From Lama glama (Eukaryota), in the NCBI GenBank assembly GCA_028534125.1, contig CM052816.1, positions 96,660,001 to 96,724,000 on the forward strand: 64,000 nucleotides of DNA, in the 5' to 3' direction. Below, one piece after another: positions 63,401-64,000 of the stretch. Within the stretch, counting starts at the first letter, position 1. Every line of letters begins with the position of its first letter. The notes below the pieces were generated by a model. That model was not told where the DNA came from. It searched no databases and saw nothing but the letters and a program-made list of their open reading frames with translations. A program made the translations under genes and the position numbers.

Positions 63401-64000
63401 AGCCACCTGTTCTCACTTTCCACGTGTGGTTGGCTCCCGAGAAAGAACTACTTATTTCCAGAGAAAGCAGAACTCAGGACTACTGACAATCAGCCAGTGT
63501 CCCCTCCCAGTTTCTTCTTTATTAGGTTTTGCCATAAGGAATAGATCATCTTCATTTTCTCTGTGTCTCTATCAGAGCAGAAGGAGATTTTGTACCCATT
63601 TGATCATTCTAGATGGACCTGTATTTTCCAAATGTTTTAGACATCATCCTGCTGCTCCATGACAGGCTGACCAAACCTGTACGTAACTCGATCCACAAAG
63701 ATGAAGGTGTGTGGTTTCAGGTGTGTGTCAGAGGAAGAGCCACAGTTCTGTTCCACATGGTGTGAGTGCTCAGAGTGTCATGGACTTCCTTCATGGGTGG
63801 AAGAAAAAAGAAAGAACTCTGGTAGAGAGCAATCAGTATAAGAAAGAAAAGGACCCCAGGATTTGAATGTTTATGTCTATAAGATGGGATGTTAGTTCCT
63901 CCCTAAGGAATTATTGAAGTCTTCCAATTTCTATGGCCCATTGCATCTCCTCAATTGTAAGAAAGGAAAAGCTTCAGGTTATGATAATGGGAGGTCTTTT

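Noticed and set aside
1..64000. Prokaryotic or viral systems, tRNA/rRNA genes, CRISPR arrays, processed pseudogenes, NUMTs
   Set aside because: No long ORFs, operon structure, regularly spaced repeats, cloverleaf sequence, or recognisable mRNA- or mitochondrion-derived sequence seen by eye. tRNAscan-SE, cmscan and BLASTx would be needed to exclude faint cases.

Overview
Mammalian genomic DNA, AT-rich and repeat-dense. It is most likely camelid (Camelus/Vicugna/Lama), judging from two young L1 3' ends of a type I recognise from camelid genomes and the absence of Alu, B1, Bov-tA, PRE1 or Can-SINE elements. I found no convincing protein-coding gene, tRNA, rRNA or CRISPR array. The listed ORFs are short chance ORFs, GC-rich CpG-island artefacts or decayed transposon fragments. 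The one clearly functional landmark is a CpG island at about 19.65-20.7 kb. It has tandem CCAAT boxes, an E-box, NRF1-like and GC-box motifs, and outward-facing splice donors on both strands, so it is probably a bidirectional promoter whose gene(s) I cannot name. Left of it lie a decayed MER34-group ERV1 provirus (internal region plus 3' LTR, 1-6242) and a cluster of three ERV1 solo LTRs, two of them MER41-like with a TTC-N4-GAA STAT-type site. Right of it is about 43 kb of intron-like sequence with L1, L2, MIR, MLT1/MLT2, MER68-like, MER34-like and hAT fossils, a few candidate non-coding exons and a motif-dense candidate enhancer near 60 kb. Repeat family names come from my memory of consensus sequences and need RepeatMasker/Dfam confirmation. 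I see no strong evidence of a new biological system. The best leads are regulatory (MER41-like STAT/AP-1 LTRs, the 60-kb enhancer) and a speculative spliced micro-ORF on the minus strand.
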